Source of the DNA: Elsinoe ampelina
Lineage: Eukaryota
NCBI GenBank assembly: GCA_010093995.1
Contig: ML992502.1
Coordinates: 382,760-446,759, forward strand
Reading direction: 5' to 3'
Length of the DNA: 64,000 nt
Shown: piece after piece, positions 1 to 12,567 of the stretch
Layout of the letters: each line of letters opens with the position of its first letter
Numbering within the stretch: position 1 is the first letter of the stretch
Translations under genes and position numbers: made by a program
The notes under the pieces: model-generated
Databases searched by the model: none
Seen by the model: the letters and a program-made list of their open reading frames with translations, nothing else
What the model was told of the DNA's origin: nothing

Positions 1-933
1 GTATTTAAGGTAACTTCTATACTCTTATACTAGCTTCTTTACCTTATCGCTCCGGTAGATTAAAGCATTATCTATAACAAAGATTATACTAGCTAGAAGC
101 TCTAGTATTATTATATCTGTTAGCTAGCTAATAAAGATCTTACTAGTAATTAATCTATAGTAGATTAAGGTACTAGAGAGATAGCTATTAATAGTAATAG
201 CTAGTAATACGCTCTACCTCTTACTACGCTACTTTAGCTAGATATCTATATACTTCTTACTAATAGGCGCCTACCTATACCTCCTCTATACTATACGCTT
301 ATTATAAGCTAACTTATTAATATAAACAATTCTATCGACTAGCTAAAGTATACACCTTCGAGTCTAATTTGCCCTAAGTATTATATCTCTTTTAGCTGCT
401 ACTTTCTTAGCTACCTTTCGAGACTACTACTAGCGCTAGATTATATACTAGATTATACTTAAGTATACCTAGTAATTATATACCTCCCTTAAGAAGGCTT
501 AAACTTTGTTAAGATAAGTAGTAGAGATGTTATTTAGGTAGGCTATTACCTCCTTAGATAGGTTAGCATAGAAAGAGCTTAGCTATAAAGGACTTATATC
601 TTCTAAGAAAGAGATAAAAGTATAAGGGCGTAGTATATAAGCTTTAATAGAAGAATAAGAAGTGCTAAAGAACTTAAGGGATAGTTAAATTCGGCGGATT
701 ATAGCTCTAGCTACCTTAGTAGTAGTATAAATAGCATAATCGGTATACTCTTTAGCAAGTAAGAACTACACGTCTACTAGTTTTAATTTAGCTATCTAAT
801 AATTAACTATGATAGTAATAACCTAATTAGAGTAATATAGCGACTATTACACCTTTTTTCAGCTTTAATTTATCGGTATTCTCTATGGACTTCTAGCTAG
901 CTAAATTTGATAACGAGAGGTCGACGCGGAGTA
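1..933 (-). mobile_element. RIP-degenerated IS630/Tc1-like (DDE) DNA transposon, truncated by the window edge
   Basis: AT/TpA-rich. The minus strand reads IVYINKL at about 331-311 (de-RIPed IVYIDES), R*APIS (GWAP-like), and FVIDNALIYRSDKVKKLV*EYRSYLKY at about 81-1 (de-RIPed VMDNASIHRSDEV...). The right boundary is approximate. Confidence 0.75.
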
Positions 934-1821
934 TAACACGCCAAGCCCGGGGTGGCTCGGTTGAACTCAAAACGACTGTAAGCTTTGGACGTGGAAGATG
1001 CGGCTGCGTCGATCTCTCTTCATCATGCGGGACAGATCATCTTGACCTTATCCATCTTTTCCACCTCGCGGCTCCCCACGTCACTCTTGGTCACGACGCC
1101 ATTCCGAGGGTGACAAGGATGAATTTGCTTGCTGGCTCGGGGATGCGACTTGTATGCGGCAGCTTTTGATACGATCGGACTCACTCAATTCAGAAGGATG
1201 ATGTTTACCATTGCGGACGCCCTACTGGCGCCAACAACCATGGCGACAATCTCTTAAAGCGCTGCTTGAGAATACGCATTTGCACCTTTCCCAGACATCC
1301 TCGGCCGTAAGCTGCCGGAACCTTTGGTTATCTGACTAGTGGCGACACTATCAAATGTTCTGCCGTCCGCGACCCACAGGTGGTACAGCAAGGGCCACTT
1401 TCCTTCACTCGCCATCAGCTCTCTTGGTGCAAACTCATGCATGTCCACAATACGAGTGAATACACCTCATCATCCTGTGCCCGCCAAGCTGGATCGACTG
1501 CAGATGTCCCGTCCCGTCGACGTCCGTCCACACATCATCTCGATCCTCCTTGTGGTTCGACAGTGCTTTGGCCAGGATGCTGAATGCGGCACATGTACGT
1601 GCTATTTGTGATCCGTGATATTCGTCACCGGATGGTCATGTACCTGCGTCAACAAATTTTTCGTTCGCTTTTCAGTGGTGCTTCCAAGGAAGATGGGGTC
1701 AATCATGACGAGAGCAGTGCGATGCAAGTGCCCCCCCGATGTGTGATATATACTCTGATCCTGTAAGTAAGCTCTTCCTTTTCTTACCCATCACATTTCA
1801 TCAACCAAGAACTGTGTCAAT

Positions 1822-3372
1822 ATGGTCGCCAAAACAGCAGTATGGGCAGCCGCTCTTGGAGTGGTCTACGCAGCACCCGCACCCCAGGTCCCCGGCTACA
1901 GCAATGCTGATGCCCCTTACGCGTCGGATCCAATCCCGGCCTTGACTGACCTCGCGACTTCTTTCGGTCCAAACTCGGTCATCAACGCTATTGAGACCGA
2001 GGCACCCTCCAACCCAGGTGCATCCCGCATCTCCAGCGATCCTACCGGTACCACCTACCACGGCCCCTTCACTGGTGTGCCGACCACTACCGGCGCCGTC
2101 TCCACCGACTTCATCTCGCAAACCATCCCCAACCTCGGTCCCGCAGAGACCGCCACCTACTACAACACAAACGGCAAGCTTCAAAACACTCAGCCTGTGC
2201 CTTACCAGCCTGCTGGTGGTCTCGGCACTAATGGCACCACGCCGAGGTACATGGTTGAGTCTGACTTTGACTACGAGTCCATCACCCTCGCCCTTTACCA
2301 AGAGTGGATCGAGTTGGACTGCTTCAACAACGGTCTTGCCACCTTCTCTGATGAGGACTTCCTTGCAGCCGGACTGTCCGTCGAGACCACCCACATCATC
2401 CGCTTCATGGCCCAGCAGGAGACTGGTCACGCCACTCTCCTCACCAACATGCTCGGCGAGACCGCACCCAAGCAGTGCACTTACAACTACCCCTACACTA
2501 CCCCCCGCGAGTTCTTCGATTTCAACCAGATCTTGACAAGATTTGGCGAGTCTGGGGTGCTCGGCTTCAACGCCCACCTCGATTCACGCGAGGCGTCGGC
2601 TCTTCTTGAGCAAAGCATCCACACCGAGGCCCGACAACAGATGATTTTTCGTCAATTGCTAGGTCTTGCGCCGATGCCTGTGTGGTTTGAGACTGGTATA
2701 CCCCAATCGTGGGCATGGACTTATCTGGCCCCCCTAATAAGCAGCTGTCCAGAAAACAATGTGAGTTTGTAGAATGACCATGTTCGATACAAGTTTGCTA
2801 ACCTTTTAAAGACGAGGTTGAGTTGGCAAAATTTCCCTGCCCTTCATATCGTCAACCAGGCCAATCCGAACCGATGGTCACCCAACGACACTGCAGCGTA
2901 CGAGAGGGTTGACAACCGCACATCGGCCCCAGCCACCGACAAAATTTCTCAGGATGAGAGCTGTGCCAACCTGAACGTTACTGGCTACGGCTGTGGTCCC
3001 GCCATCTCTCGCAACCGCTCCGAGCCCTTGAGCTTCCCCGGCAAGCAGGTCAACCTTACTTGGGACGAACCTGGTTTGGCCGTTGGCCCCAATAACAGCT
3101 ACATCACGGCCGTCAGTGACCTCGGAAAGGGTGTTCAGCCAAAGTGGGTCATGTGGGCGTCGCAGCTCAACACTACCTACACCGAGCTCCACGTCACCGG
3201 CGACAACGAGGGTTACACGTACCAGCCGGCTGGTGATGTCTATGAGGGTGATCCAATTGTCAACGATACCATGTTCATTGGTTTGACGATTGACAACCCG
3301 TTCGTTACGCCGTTCAACTTGTCGAACGTCAATCCTTACATTTCGGCTCTTGGTATTTACCAGGCTGGATAA
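1822..3372 (+). CDS. rds1: Rds1-like secreted stress protein with ferritin-like domain; exons 1822-2760, 2812-3372
   Basis: Signal peptide and ferritin-like motifs (LYQEWIELD, QQETGHA, TEARQQ). Intron GTGAGT..GCTAAC..AAG joins ENN|TRLSWQNFPAL in frame. Confidence 0.85.
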
Positions 3373-3699
3373 AGGGTGGGCCGATATGACATGTATGGAG
3401 AGAGATGTGGAAGAAATATTTATACCCTTCGACGAGAAAGAAATGATTTGCAATGGAGGATGTAATATAGTGTAACTATAAGTTGAAATGGAAAGTGAGA
3501 TTGAACGTTATCTGATGCTTTGCATCGTTTATTAACGAGTGCTGAGTGTTTGTACGGTATTGTTCTGAGCATTGATGGTTATTGTGGATCCGTCTCTATA
3601 CTCTCTATCCGCTATCATGACCAAGCTTCAAGGAGGGTGACATTACCGCAACCTTCGGCGTCGTCAAGGCTCCTATGTGACCGTCTGATTCACACGTGA

Positions 3700-5512
3700 G
3701 ATTCTACCAGAGCGCCTGCGCGGCGGGTCTCCCCAAAATGGAGTGTGGCAGTGAACCCTTGAGACGGTGCGAATGTCTTCGCCGGGGGATGGGTTCTGGT
3801 AGTAATTCTTGATACCTTAACAGCAGATCGTGGTACCTGATACTCATATAACAGCCTCCTGTGTCCTCGCCCAACATCATTACTTCAAGCTCTCCAATCA
3901 AGGCTGCACCTTCGACAAGGGCACCCGTATCCGCATATCTACAATGCTCAACGATGCTGTACGTCACGGCCAACTCACTAAGCCTAAGTGGCTTGAGAAA
4001 GCTCGCTTCGGCTTCTCCGTCACATCTCTCATCATCCGCCGTTTCCTCGAAAGCGTGCAAGACAAAGGCACATGCTAACCTGACTACGCTCTCTACAAGG
4101 TCATGCCCCTCAACATGCTGTACGCAAGTGGCAATCGACCTGGCGAGCTTGTCAAGAGCGCCCATGTTGAATCTCACCGGTCACTAAGGTACTCGATATC
4201 TCGATCTACTTTCGAGAGCGAGACGGCGAAAATCCAGTCTTGAGGACATAGGTCAAGTCCAAACCCACAAAGCACAGTAAGGAAGAGTCCGAGGAGGCCA
4301 AGATTGCTTACTTCGAGCGTCTACAAAGCACACACCACATGGATCCCATCAATTGGGTTCTCGTCCACACCGTGCGTCACGGCATGCACGAGGCGCCACC
4401 ACGAGGGCAGCGAGCCACTACCATTCACCAGCTCTTACGCGACATCAAGCACTCCAAAGACCTCACTCTTGAGTGGCAGGCTCCGTCGTACCCATTCTTC
4501 TGTTCAATTACACGTGGTACAAAACGCCTTGTGCTAGACACGCCAGCCGGCATGTCCCAGGTCGACAAGGTTGTACGTTCATCGGCACTCAATGCGGCGA
4601 TTGTGGGCCGTGCATACGGGGTTGCTTTCGGCCGTGGTCATGAAAGAGATGCCCTTCATACCAGTAAGGTGGTGAACAACAGCACTCACCTTGCTCGACA
4701 ATCCCTCGGACACTCAACAACAGCACCACGAGTCACTGAACATTACACTGGCCGACTCGAAGGTCTCATTTACAACGATGTTGTTGGGACTTCAGATCGT
4801 GCTGAGCGAGCCGTGGCAAGAGTAAGCATCGGCGAACCGCCTCCAGTTCCGTCAGATCATACGGTCGCCGATGCAACAGTGTACTTCGACAGTCACCGGG
4901 TTGAATTCAGCGAACGCAAGAGTCCCGCGGCTTGTGATATCATGGGCCATCTGGTAGTACATCAAAGCCATCTGGTAGTGTTTCTCAAAGGCTGTCCGGA
5001 GGCTCTCGAAAGCCTTCTGGTAGTCATTGTGGATATACGAATACGGGCGCCATTGTCGAAGGTAAGACCTTGCCTGGAGGGTCAAGATTTCGATGATGGA
5101 CGGGGGCAGTCGAGAGGCTGCGAACGATGTGGCCACACGCAATGCGTCGTGGGAGATATACAGCAGGCTCGAGTTTGCCGTCGGATTGCATGAGTCGCAA
5201 GCTGCCCAACTCTGAGGACACGATCGACAAGGTGGTTGTCTTCGTGCCAAGTCTCATAATGGGACAGTATCTCCCCAATGGCGTTGCATGAAGACCCATG
5301 ATTGTTCTCGTACCTATCTCACCAGGTTTCAGATCGACCACCCGGAGCTTCGCTGTACCTTGGGGCTTACTAAGGCAGTGAATGACAATCTGGATGGCGC
5401 TGACGATGGCGAAGAGCTACTATGCTCTCATGATTTGAGCATCTCGTCCGACAAGGTCATTGCGAAGGAGGCGCCAGAGACAGGAAGTGAGGTTTCGATG
5501 AACTCACGTTGA
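3700..5512 (+). pseudogene. Degenerate tyrosine recombinase (integrase-fold) gene, possibly with a Cys/His-rich C-terminal relic
   Basis: Reading through TAA 4076-4078, a frameshift near 4194 and a TAG near 4249 gives LYASGNRPGEL..LRY.DISI..TKHSK..DPINWVLVHTVRHG..AFGRGHERD..ARQSLGHS..VTEHYTG. This follows the R-K-(HxxR)-H-Y order of tyrosine recombinases. Boundaries are approximate. Confidence 0.65.
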
Positions 5513-6992
5513 TTCAGTATCTGACGTCGCATGTCCTTATCAGCATGTGCTCACACATTTGTTGGCATTTGTATTGTACGGCGAGAGTCCGATCGTGTGA
5601 AGTCCTTGCAACGGACTGGTACAGGATCTCGTCTCAGCTTGAGTCGGAGTGGTCGTCTTAATCGTCGGTCGCAATCTGTAGTATTGATGTGGCATCCCTA
5701 CGTACTGTTCGACACTGATTGACGATCATGTGAGCTTTTTTGCCACATGAGACGGTCGGAAATGAGAAGTGAGAGAGGTTGCACGGACTCCTGCTGTGAC
5801 GACGTTGTGGAGTAGCCTGCTGTCTATTCAGGGTGGTGAGGTTCAGTCTTTGCCTCTTCTTCGAGTGTGACATGGCATTCATGAGCAAGTCTGCTCAGCT
5901 TGTGGCTTATCTGGAGTCTGCTGACCTTCTTTTGGAATTCTCCTCCGAAATGAACCTCTGAGTGGAGCGATCCTTTCGCTCCGATGCCTTTCACGCAAGC
6001 TGTGCCGAGACAAGCCCAACATCAGTAGGTTTGCGTCCATGGTGCTTCACAAGAGCCGCCAGCTGCGCATCGTAACGCTACAGAATGCGGCCACAAACGT
6101 TCTGGGCCTGTTCCGGCGTGGCACAGGCATCCGCCCAAGATTTCCGCAGCCGTTCTCATTCTTCGTCGCTGATGGGTCCTCCGCGGTAAGAGCTTCCAGG
6201 TCTTGATAGGAGAAATTTCTGTGGTGCGGACTGCTTCCCTGGCATGCTCGATGTGGTTCTCTGAACCGCGTCCTGGTACGTAGTGATTTTGTGCTCCGTG
6301 GAAGTCGCTTGCGTCGGCATATTCAGAGGAGCTGAAGCCACGGGCGGTCACTTGATAGGTAATTATCGCTGTCGAAGAATTTAGACGCATCAATGTAGAT
6401 GCCTTCGAGAATTTTGCCGCGCTTGCTAAGTCGTTGACGATTTCTCAAATCGATCATGATGTGGGAGTCAAGGCATTGTTGGATCGAGGCAATGTAAGTA
6501 TTTCTCTCCCCACTGAATGAGAGTCTTTCAACGATAATGTGGGATTAATCAGGAGGGTAATCACATCACAAGTCACTATGTCTGATTAGCATTGTTCAAC
6601 AGAAATAGCTCTTGACTTGGAAATACACCACGAGCTTTACAGATAAGTAGGCATCGGGTAAGGAAGCACGATTCTTCGTTGCAAATAGCTCAAACCACTT
6701 TTCATGTCTCGCATGATGGCTCGGAATTTTCCAATGTAGCACGTTGTACATGTTTGTTCAAGTTCAAGATGCGAGAATTGATCAAGCAGAAAGATGTCAC
6801 GTGAGTGCCAAGACGACCCACTTCGACGGGACGCCCGCGATTGCCGCATTTGGAAACGCGGAAGGGGCGAATTCAGATTTGCGCACGAGCGCCTCACGCT
6901 TTGTTCCACCTCTTCGACAGCCTGCAGGCCAGACCTCACACCGTCGTCTTTCAACTCGCACTATCGGACAATCTTGTCATAGCAAATACAAG

Positions 6993-9900
6993 ATGTCACA
7001 CAATGAGAGGCGACGTCCGCCGTCGCCTCGCCAAGACACGTTCCGCTTTGGTGGCCAGAATAGCCATCAAAATTTCGACTTCGTAGGCCCAAATGGAAAC
7101 GGCCCATCATTCCCATCGACGTCTGGTCAGAATCGTGACCGCTTCAGAGGGCGCGAGCGTTCGAGAGGCAATTTTCGTGGTCGAGGTCGTGGATCATGGA
7201 AGAGATTTAACGCGTCCGACCGTGAGATCTTCCGCGCACGTCGCTCACCAACGCCAGAGAGAATGGCAGGGATGAACGGCAGCGACTCACGCTTCCGTGT
7301 ACTCGAGGATCTTCCAGAGTCAGAGTCGGAATCAGATCCTGATAATGTTGGGCTGTATCAGCTGGATGGCACTGGCGCTTCTCGCGACAACTTACATTCT
7401 GATGACATGGACATGTCTTCTGAAGACGAGCATCCTCGTGCCAAACGCGCAAGGACCACCAATGGCGCCTCTACCGACACCGGAGACGTGAAGCCGAAGT
7501 GGTCGAATCCTGATCCGTACACTGCACTTCCACCGCCAAGTCAGACGGACGGACCAAAGAAAGACGTCGTCGCCATGATTCGCAAGGCCAAGGTTGAGAA
7601 CGCAGGGTCATCTGAGCAGACCTCAAAGGCCGATGACTTCATCTCACTCAACTTCGATGATGCAGGTAACGAAAGAGAAGAAGGCGAGGATTCTTCAGAT
7701 TCAGATCATCAATTGAGCGAAGTTCACGACAGAGCGTCAAATCGTCCCCGTGGCCAGAGAACGGATCACAACGGACCTGCACGATCTACGAATACGGCAA
7801 CAGACCGGTGGCCGGCCCAAGAAGCAACTCACACATATTTCGATCGCCACGAACAAGACATGCAGCGGCGAAGTCGCTCCCCTGCGCGAGATTATGACCG
7901 AGACTACAATGCGCACCAGTCACGTCGTGAGTATCGAGCCGATCGCGCATACGATACCCGTGATATGTACGATGAGTATCCGGTCAGATATAATGCTCAC
8001 GCACCTCCCGCACAATACGACGACGACGACGACTACGCACCACCTCCTGCACGGCCTTACAACAACGGCTACAGTCAGCCACAAGCATCACAACCAGCGG
8101 CAGGAAAACGCAAGCGTAGAGAAGGCGCAAATGATGTCTCAGGAGGCTATTTACCAGCGGCATACAGCGACAATACGCCATGGATGAGCTACTGTCAAGT
8201 CCAATCTTCAAGCATAGGCGAGTGGCTCCATGACGAGATTCGTGCCTTTCACGAGTATGTAAGGCCCCGCACGTATGAAAGGACCATGAGAGAAGAGCTG
8301 ATCAAGCGGGTCAACGATGCATTCAAACTCAAGTATCATCACGTCACTGTACACCCTTTTGGCTCCTTTGCGACAGATCTCTACCTCCCTGTTAGCGACA
8401 TGGACTTGGTAGCCGTGACCACCACGTACATGCAGTCAGGGTATCCAGAGATTGGACAGAGCAAGAAGGATGTCCGTGCCATCAACGGCACAGTCATCGA
8501 GCGAGGTGGACTGAGCCGATCCTCACAGCTGATTCTTGGAGCGAAAGTCCCTATCATCAAGTTCACCGACATTCCAACTGGTATTCATGTCGATGTCTCT
8601 TTCGAGAACGATTCAGGACTTCGCGCGGTCCCTGTTGTCGAGGAGTGGATCCGCAGGTATCCCTCCATTCCGCATCTTGTATATCCGATCAAGCATCTCT
8701 TAGCTTCACATGACCTCAACGATGTCTCTACTGGAGGCCTCGGCGGATTCTCCATCATTTGTCTCGTGGTCTATTCTTTGCACCATCTAGAGGGGCGACA
8801 CTCGAGAGACTTCATCTTCGACAATCTTGAAGTTGCGCTTATGAACTTCCTTGGGTACTTCGGCAACGAATTTGACTATCGCCTTCAAGGCCTCGACATG
8901 GGCAACATGCGCAAGATCCAGAAGGTACACTGTCCCCTCGACCACAGCGAATCATAATCAGACTAACACCTATCACAGATCTCGTTCCGCGGTGACCGTC
9001 GGCCCCAGCCACAGCGCTTGCTTATCGTGGATCCTAATAATCCCGCCAACGACGTGTCAGGGGGAACCGGCAAGATTCCAGCGATATTCCGTTTATTCTC
9101 CGAAACTCACAAGCGTCTACGCAGTCAGATGGAGTTGGCTGGTGCGTTGCATAGGGAGACTGGGCAGCGACCATCTATTTTGAAGAGCATGCTCGACTCT
9201 GGATTCGACAGCTATGAGTACCAACGCGGACGGCTCCGTCAGAGGTATGATCAGTTGTATGGGTAGGTCACTCGCTCCGACTCATTTGGAGCTACAGTAC
9301 GAATAACCTTATTTGCAGTGGGAGAGATGATGACGTTCAGTATGTGAGCTCTCGTTCTCTCGGGACGGGTCGTTCGCAAAACGATGCTATTGATCTCACC
9401 TCTGCAGATGGTCCAAGCGTACGTGGGCCCCAGAAGAGCTTGCGCGGGAGTGATCAGCAATCGAATAAGCAGTCAAGGAAGGCGAGACAGCGGAACCAAG
9501 GACTGACGAAACCGATCGATACTACGAATTCTTTCGCCACAGTGCAGCCCACCCCTCTACCTACCCGTCCGGCCTCCTTGAACACACAACCTCCGCCACA
9601 TGTGTGGCAACTGGACGGCCATGTGTCTCCGAGGCCTGACATACACACGCAGTACAACTTTGTACCACCACCCCACGCTGGCGTGGCTTCACAGATTCAA
9701 CCGAATCAGCCTTCAGTCTTTCCATCGGTCAATGGCCATTCAGCACCCATCAACGCGCAGACCGCACAGACAGTAGCTGGCTCGTCTGGACCCTCCCAGT
9801 CAGGCAAGAAATTGAAGAGGAGGCAGAAGAAGAAGGAAAAGAGTCAACAAGCAGCTGCGACTGTCCCAAAACCGCCTGCAGAGCAGAAGGCGAAGATCTC

Positions 9901-10108
9901 CAGGAAGCAGAAGAAGAAGATGGCGAATGCGTCGAACGAGTCTGCCAAGTCGAAGGATACTAAAGGCAAACCTGCTGAATTCGGCGATGCTGCTCGACAA
10001 CGTGCCGCAAGCTTCAAAAACCGATTTCCCGGCGCAGACTGTCCGACCAAATTGACCAAGAAGCAATACAAGGCTCTTGTCGATCGACAATCCGGCAGTA
10101 AGAAGTGA
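6993..10108 (+). CDS. TRF4: Non-canonical poly(A) RNA polymerase (Trf4/Cid14, TRAMP); exons 6993-8924, 8979-9262, 9319-10108
   Basis: Nucleotidyltransferase motif FGSFATDLYLPVSDMDLV, plus AKVPIIKF, GGLGGFS and the PAP-associated LLIVDPNNPANDVSGG. Both introns restore frame; the third exon is inferred. Confidence 0.9.
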
Positions 10109-11115
10109 GAACGGCTGGCACGTAGGCCTGCCTGGTCGCCATGAACGGTGTATCTTGCAGCCCGGGATCTGGAGCTTTCCTTTTTCTGTAACAATATTGG
10201 CACGGCTACAGCATGGTTATACACCACGTCGCAAGACGGATACTTGCTTTCACGGACGGCGTAATCAACAAGAAGTCACGGGAGCATCGAAATACGACAG
10301 CATGATACCCAAGGAGAGTGTACAAAATGCGGCTTCCGAGCTGTGCATGGTTTGCTGACAGAGAGATTCATGAAAGAAGTTCTGCGTTTTGAAACTCCCC
10401 ATCACTGGTGCACCTGACCCGCAGACTAGAGGACACTAACCTTGAGAACTAACGCAGCAATCAATAGCTTCGAGGCCGCGCTTCAAAGACGAGCTCTACG
10501 ACATCTTGTCCACGCCAGCAAGCCAGCAAAGCAGCTTCCCTGCACCATGCGTGCTGTTTACACAACACTCCGACGGCCGGGCGACCTTTCAATGGTTGCC
10601 TTGCTTAGGAGCAGGCACCAACCTTGTGCCTACCTTCAAGTCAGTCATCTTCGGATGCGGATCGTGACAGTCTCGCGCTGCCTTCGATTTTTGAGAACAC
10701 ACAGTCCATTGTCTTGTTGCTTTGCTTCACTGCAGGCACGAGATGGGACACTTTCTCACCAAGTTCGCAAGCCCTTAGCATGCGATTGGAGAGGAAACAA
10801 ACAGACATGCTATAGGATGGCCCGTGGAAACATAGAATTAGATACCGTTGCCTCGAATTTCATGGCCTTCCAGATATTTTTGACTGATGCAGCGAACCTG
10901 AACCCCCACTCCACCACCACCAAATTCCGCCCCACCTGCTCTGACCCAACCAGTCCTAGCACCTCATTCATGGCTCTCCCAAGATCTTGAATCCACCACC
11001 AAATCACATTCTGCACCTCGCACCTCACCTCTGCATCATCTGCTCGATATCTCCCAGACCGAACCCCACACGAGCGAAGAACCAAAAGCGCGTCACAAAT
11101 TTCATACAAGGCACA

Positions 11116-11871
11116 ATGTCCTGGCAAGGTAAGTGGGCACACCGCTGTGGCATCTTCAAGGCGGCGAGTGCACACAATAGCAGAGCAATGAGCTAATTTG
11201 GGAGTAGCATACGTCGATCAGAGGTGAGACTCAGTCTTGTCCATTTTACCGAAACAGTTCTACGTCTGCTTGGGCTGCTGCGACACTGCTGCCTCTGCCT
11301 CCTTGTTTCTATCACGAACGCTCTCAGAACTGGCTTGTACTAACTTCTTTCAACAGCCTCGTTGGCACTGGCAATGTCGACAAAGCAGCCATTTTCAACG
11401 CAGAGGGAAACTCAGTATGGGCAACGTCAGCGGGCTTCACCGTATCGCCATCAGAGATGAAAGAGATTGTCACGGCGTACAAGGACAAGGGCGATGCGAA
11501 CGGGGTCAAGCAGGTCCAGTCGTCGGGACTGCATGTTGCTGGGGAGAGGTTCATCGTGATCAAGGCAGATGAGAGGAGTCTATACGGGAAGAAGGTAAGA
11601 GCTTTGTAATTCCCTTGTAGCAGAGCGGGCTGCACATGGTAGTCGGGAGAACCTTCAGCCCAGCTATTGTGCTTGCACTATGCTCTCTTGAGCTGCAACA
11701 TGCGTTACTCGATAGCATATGCTGATATTGTGGCAGGGCAAGGAGGGCATCGTCATTGTTAAGACCACTCAGGCGATACTCGTCACTCACTATCCCGAGA
11801 CTGTCCAACCAGGAAGCGCGGCCAACACTGTCGAGCAGCTCGGCGACTACTTGATTAGCGTGGGCTACTAG
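11116..11871 (+). CDS. PFY1: Profilin; exons 11116-11128, 11208-11223, 11357-11594, 11737-11871 (missed by the ORF track)
   Basis: The spliced product reads MSWQAYVDQSLVGTGNVDKAAIF...ADERSLYGKKGKEGIVIVKTTQAILV...VEQLGDYLISVGY*, with canonical splice sites. Confidence 0.95.
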
Positions 11872-12567
11872 ACGACTTGCCTGCCCGCATCTTCCTTCAA
11901 GACATAGCTTGGCGACCAAGGTATAACATTGATGGCCAGCAAATACGCTTGGAAACAACACGATAAACACAGTACCCACGAAACCCAACTTCAGCACTTT
12001 ACCTTTCTCACCGACATAGCACCCATTGCACATTTCCAAGACTCAGACGATGGAGGGCGCTGGAAGTCCCAATGAGACCCATGGCAAAAGAGATAGCCCT
12101 TGATAAATTCATGAATCATCTACCTTGATCTGTGCTTGATGGCTGCCTGACCGGGTTGCCGGTTTGATGTAACTACTTAACACACACGCATGCCCACGTG
12201 AGCATGCTGTGTTGCATGTCTCAAGTAATTGCAAAGATGCAAATTTCTGTCTGTCGCAATCTGATAACACCAAACGCTCGTGCATGTTGAAGGTCAAGCG
12301 TCCATGATCACATGCGGCCGCAAAGGCGCGGGCAGGTGACGCGCCTTGGCACACGGCGATACATTCACAACCTCCGAAGCTGCACCTTTCGCAAACAATC
12401 ACACTTACGCGATACCACAAACAACGACCCAAGCTCCTCGTATTCCCATAAGCATCCCCTTCACTCTATCCCATCGGCCATAATCTCCAGCACCCTCAAC
12501 ACCGCCGTCACCATTGAGTTCAACCCATCCACCCACACGAGACCAAGACTATGCCCCCCCACCCCAA

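Noticed and set aside
5531..6700. Short ORFs between the YR relic and TRF4 (e.g. 6022-6393 minus)
   Set aside because: No recognisable motifs or convincing splice structure. They may be decayed sequence but cannot be supported.
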